From Thermodesulfobacteriota bacterium (GTDB taxonomy: Bacteria > Desulfobacterota_D > UBA1144 > Nemesobacterales > UBA2774): a stretch of 64,000 bases of DNA. The position numbers and the translations under genes are program-made. The stretch covers positions 544,001 through 608,000 of the forward strand of contig OY729416.1 of the NCBI GenBank assembly GCA_963422265.1, read 5' to 3'. Below the pieces are notes generated by a model. The model was not told where the DNA came from. It saw only the letters and a program-made list of their open reading frames with translations, and searched no databases. Position 1 is the stretch's first letter, and each line of letters starts with the position of its first letter. Shown here one piece after another: positions 61,150 to 64,000 of this stretch.

Positions 61150-61272
61150 CTTAGATAAAGGGAGGGAGATTGCTTGTTTTTTTTCCTGACCCTAGTAGAT
61201 ACTAAACAGGTCTATAGATGTAACCCAAATGTAGTTAATGGTAATTATTTAGATTTGGGTTCCTAAGCAGAT

Positions 61273-61314
61273 AAAAAAAGGGTTGCGTCGTTCAAAGAGA
61301 CGCAACCCTTTTTT
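61273..61314. terminator. Bidirectional Rho-independent terminator
   Basis: AAAAAAGGGTTGCGTC/GACGCAACCCTTTTTT between convergent genes. Confidence 0.9.
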
Positions 61315-61336
61315 CTTAGCATCAACAACTCAAAAC

Positions 61337-61534
61337 CTATGACCAAGGGGCGGTCATGTCGGTCGACTCTGGATCTCTAAACTTGAGCCACTTAGACGAA
61401 TCGTAATGCGCTGATACGTAGCAAAGTATAGCGGTTGTAGCTATAAGCTGCTCAGGCGTGGATTTCGTCAGCTCCGCCCTCTTTTTAATTATCTCAAATA
61501 TCGGATCGGGAATTTGAACAGTTACTTCAGCCAT
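61337..61534 (-). CDS. Small protein with RHH-like N-terminus
   Basis: AGGAGG RBS; EVTVQIPDPIFEIIKKRAE...TPEQLI. Confidence 0.65.
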   Translation of the reverse strand: MAEVTVQIPDPIFEIIKKRAELTKSTPEQLIATTAILCYVSAHYDSSKWLKFRDPESTDMTAPWS

Positions 61535-61562
61535 TTTTATAGCCTCCTATTGTTAAAATAAT

Positions 61563-62591
61563 TTAATCGGCGTCGCCTATACCCTTTTGTTTTCTATAAT
61601 TATCAAGAACTTCCCTCTTAACCGTAGGCACCAGCGTATAGTCGCTCTCAGGAGCCCCCTCCGCAGAAGCTGCAACCTCTTCTGGCGAAAGCAGTTCAGG
61701 CTTCGTATCAACGGCGTTTACAGGATCATTAAGCTGCGACTCGCCTAGCTTCCAGTCAGTAAGGGAGTCGTCGCCGAGACCGAATCTCTTTGTGAGCTTG
61801 TTGACTTCTTCAAACCTTCCAGGAGTCGGACCTGGCTCTTGGATTAGATTTAGCTCTTTAAGCAGCTCCACCGTCGCCGCGTCCCTCTCAAAGGGTTGTC
61901 CAACTTTACCCTTGAAGAACATCGTTTCAAATGGAGGCCTTCCTCTCGTCCCTCCACCGTCTAAATTCTCTGATGGATAACCAACCGTCATAAGCCAGCA
62001 GAATACGTAAGATGGCTTAAGATTAAACTTATCTTTAACGTTTCTTCTCGCTCCGCCGCTCGCGCCGTTTAAGCAGGTTCCGAGACCAAGCGAGGTAGCT
62101 GTAAGAATAGAGTTTTGAATGGCGTTACCCAAGTCAATGCAGGCAAGCCTGTGTAGTATGAAATCGGGAAGTATAGCAGGTAGAGGGAAAAGCCTGTTCA
62201 CGCGCTCATACTCCCAACCATGAGCTTTATCCAAAGCGCCCGTTCTCATAAGGTCGTGCAACTGCTGACCTTGAACGTCATAAGCTGATAGATCGTAACA
62301 CCAGAAGATAAGTATAGGAGCCATCTGCGTAGTGATCTGACTCCAGTCAGAAATGAATTCCCAAATCTCTGGGTCTTCATCTCTGTAAACAACTATACCC
62401 CTCTGCCCGTTAAAGTTGCCGGCGGAAGGAGCAACCCTCGCAGCCTCAAGCATAGCCTGAACCTTCCATTTCTCAACAGGCTTGTTTGGCTCGTACCATC
62501 TGATAGATCTTCTCAAACCAATCGAGTCAAATGTATCGCGCACATTCACTTCGCTAGCTTGAGGAAGACCATCTATAACTAATTCACTCAT
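61563..62591 (-). CDS. Nitroreductase-family flavoprotein with long C-terminal extension
   Basis: RRSIR, APSAGN, DLGNAIQN...LGLGTC, VGYP. Confidence 0.88.
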   Translation of the reverse strand: MSELVIDGLPQASEVNVRDTFDSIGLRRSIRWYEPNKPVEKWKVQAMLEAARVAPSAGNFNGQRGIVVYRDEDPEIWEFISDWSQITTQMAPILIFWCYDLSAYDVQGQQLHDLMRTGALDKAHGWEYERVNRLFPLPAILPDFILHRLACIDLGNAIQNSILTATSLGLGTCLNGASGGARRNVKDKFNLKPSYVFCWLMTVGYPSENLDGGGTRGRPPFETMFFKGKVGQPFERDAATVELLKELNLIQEPGPTPGRFEEVNKLTKRFGLGDDSLTDWKLGESQLNDPVNAVDTKPELLSPEEVAASAEGAPESDYTLVPTVKREVLDNYRKQKGIGDAD

Positions 62592-62636
62592 TTTGTCCTC
62601 CTATAATAAAAATTTTTTCTTGCTAGATATTTGACC

Positions 62637-62665
62637 ATATTATTATCTTAGCAAATAGAAGTCAA
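62637..62665 (-). promoter_or_regulatory. Putative sigma70 promoter for the nitroreductase operon
   Basis: TTGACT-17 bp-TAATAT on the minus strand. Confidence 0.55.
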
Positions 62666-62833
62666 GTATTTCATATATTTTAAGGATGATTAGAAGAAGT
62701 TTATCGCCCCAGACCACGTTGGGAACGCCACCCATGTATCTTGAAAGGTTGACCTTGAAATCTAACATTTTGATTACTATTTTAACTTTGTAACAGATTA
62801 GCGGAATGATGATCTATGTAGGGAGATATGAAA

Positions 62834-64000
62834 ATGAAATTTGATAAATTAACAATAAAAGCGCAAGAGTCTCTAGCAGAGGCGCAGTCATTGGCGCAAG
62901 ATGGGCAGAATCAGATAATAGACGTTCCTCATCTGCTCATAGCGCTCCTTGAAGAAAAAGGTATTCCAACGCAGATTATCGGAAAAATCGGGGCTAACTT
63001 AGAAACCATAAGAGAAGCAGCACGGAATCAAATAGATAAACTGCCAAAGGTACAGGCTGAGCGAGAGAATGCCTACATCAGTCAGGAGCTAAGCAAGGCG
63101 CTTAAAACCGCGGAGAAGGAGGCAGTGGCTTTCGGCGACGAATATATAAGCACAGAACACCTTCTACTGGGCATAGTCCAAGACTCGACGGGCGAACTCA
63201 AGAACGAGTTAAAAGAGCATAAAGTCACAAAGGATAGCGTATTAAAGGCCTTAAAAGACATTCGGGGCAATCAAAAAGTCAAAAGCCAGTCTCCTGAAGA
63301 GACCATGCGATCTTTAGAGCAATACGGTAAGGATTTCACCGAGCTTGCGCGACAAGGCAAAATAGACCCTGTTATTGGGCGCGACAACGAGGTGAGACGC
63401 TTAATTCAGGTTCTTTCTCGGCGCACTAAGAATAACCCTGTGTTAATAGGTGAGCCGGGGGTGGGGAAAACCGCAATAGTCGAGGGACTTGCGCAGAGAA
63501 TAGTTAACGGAGACGTTCCCGAAGGGTTAAAGAACAAACGGTTAATCGCCCTTGACCTTAGCGCTCTTGTCGCGGGAGCCAAATACAGGGGACAATTTGA
63601 GGAACGTCTTAAAGCCGTGCTCAAGGAAGTTACTGATTCAGAGGGAGAGGTAATTCTATTTATAGACGAGATGCACACCGTAGTAGGCGCTGGAGCTACT
63701 GAAGGCGCAATGGACGCTTCTAATATGTTAAAGCCTGCCCTCGCCCGCGGAGAGCTTCACTGCATCGGCGCTACGACTCTTGATGAATACAGAAAGTACA
63801 TAGAGAAAGACGCAGCGCTAGAAAGGCGCTTTCAGCAGGTTTTCGTAGAGGAGCCCTCTGTTGAGGAGACAATCTCAATACTACGCGGACTGAAAGAAAA
63901 ATACGAAGTATATCACGGGGTCAAGATAAGGGACGAAGCCCTAATCGCCGCAGGTGCTCTTTCAAACAGATACGTAACTAACCGCTTTCTACCAGACAAA
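62834..64000 (+). CDS. clpB: Chaperone ClpB, 5' part
   Basis: Manual translation: [58 protein letters not shown]; runs off the window. Confidence 0.95.
   Translation, partial: MKFDKLTIKAQESLAEAQSLAQDGQNQIIDVPHLLIALLEEKGIPTQIIGKIGANLETIREAARNQIDKLPKVQAERENAYISQELSKALKTAEKEAVAFGDEYISTEHLLLGIVQDSTGELKNELKEHKVTKDSVLKALKDIRGNQKVKSQSPEETMRSLEQYGKDFTELARQGKIDPVIGRDNEVRRLIQVLSRRTKNNPVLIGEPGVGKTAIVEGLAQRIVNGDVPEGLKNKRLIALDLSALVAGAKYRGQFEERLKAVLKEVTDSEGEVILFIDEMHTVVGAGATEGAMDASNMLKPALARGELHCIGATTLDEYRKYIEKDAALERRFQQVFVEEPSVEETISILRGLKEKYEVYHGVKIRDEALIAAGALSNRYVTNRFLPDK

Noticed and set aside
61222-61261. Inverted repeat AACCCAAAT/ATTTGGGTT as an ncRNA or MITE
   Set aside because: Short, AT-rich, single copy and beside a terminator; insufficient support.

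Overview
A mostly housekeeping 64-kb stretch of a low-to-moderate GC bacterial chromosome. The gene style suggests a deltaproteobacteria-like lineage such as Ca. Dadabacteria, but that is an unverified impression. From left to right it holds: a variant System I cytochrome c maturation cluster (ccmA/B/C/D-like/E/F, a CcmI-like gene and a cytochrome c) interrupted by a DpnA-like methylase plus putative endonuclease pair; pdaD, alr, a MaoC hydratase, hflX, ptsH-ptsI and trpS; a small accessory patch (two orphans, a GmrSD-type nuclease and a secreted ankyrin protein); cysC; and a rearranged toxin-antitoxin locus. Further on are peptidases, sulfur-assimilation genes, mtaB-mnmA, a pseudo-cyclase, rplU-rpmA, gltA, ptsP, rmuC, pyrG, tmRNA-smpB-dtd, dodecin, an acyl-CoA dehydrogenase, a nitroreductase with a small partner gene, and the 5' part of clpB. 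The best candidate for an undescribed system is at 25713-26492. There a HicA toxin and the toxin-binding domain of HicB form one polypeptide, while a ribbon-helix-helix protein is encoded separately upstream, behind a 32-bp palindrome that covers the promoter. Other notable items are an rmuC with a 231-bp internal duplication and a +1-frame PcrA/UvrD-type Tudor domain overlapping its end, and a CcmD-like helix fused to a lipoprotein beta-sandwich domain. All family assignments come from motif recognition by eye; no searches were run.
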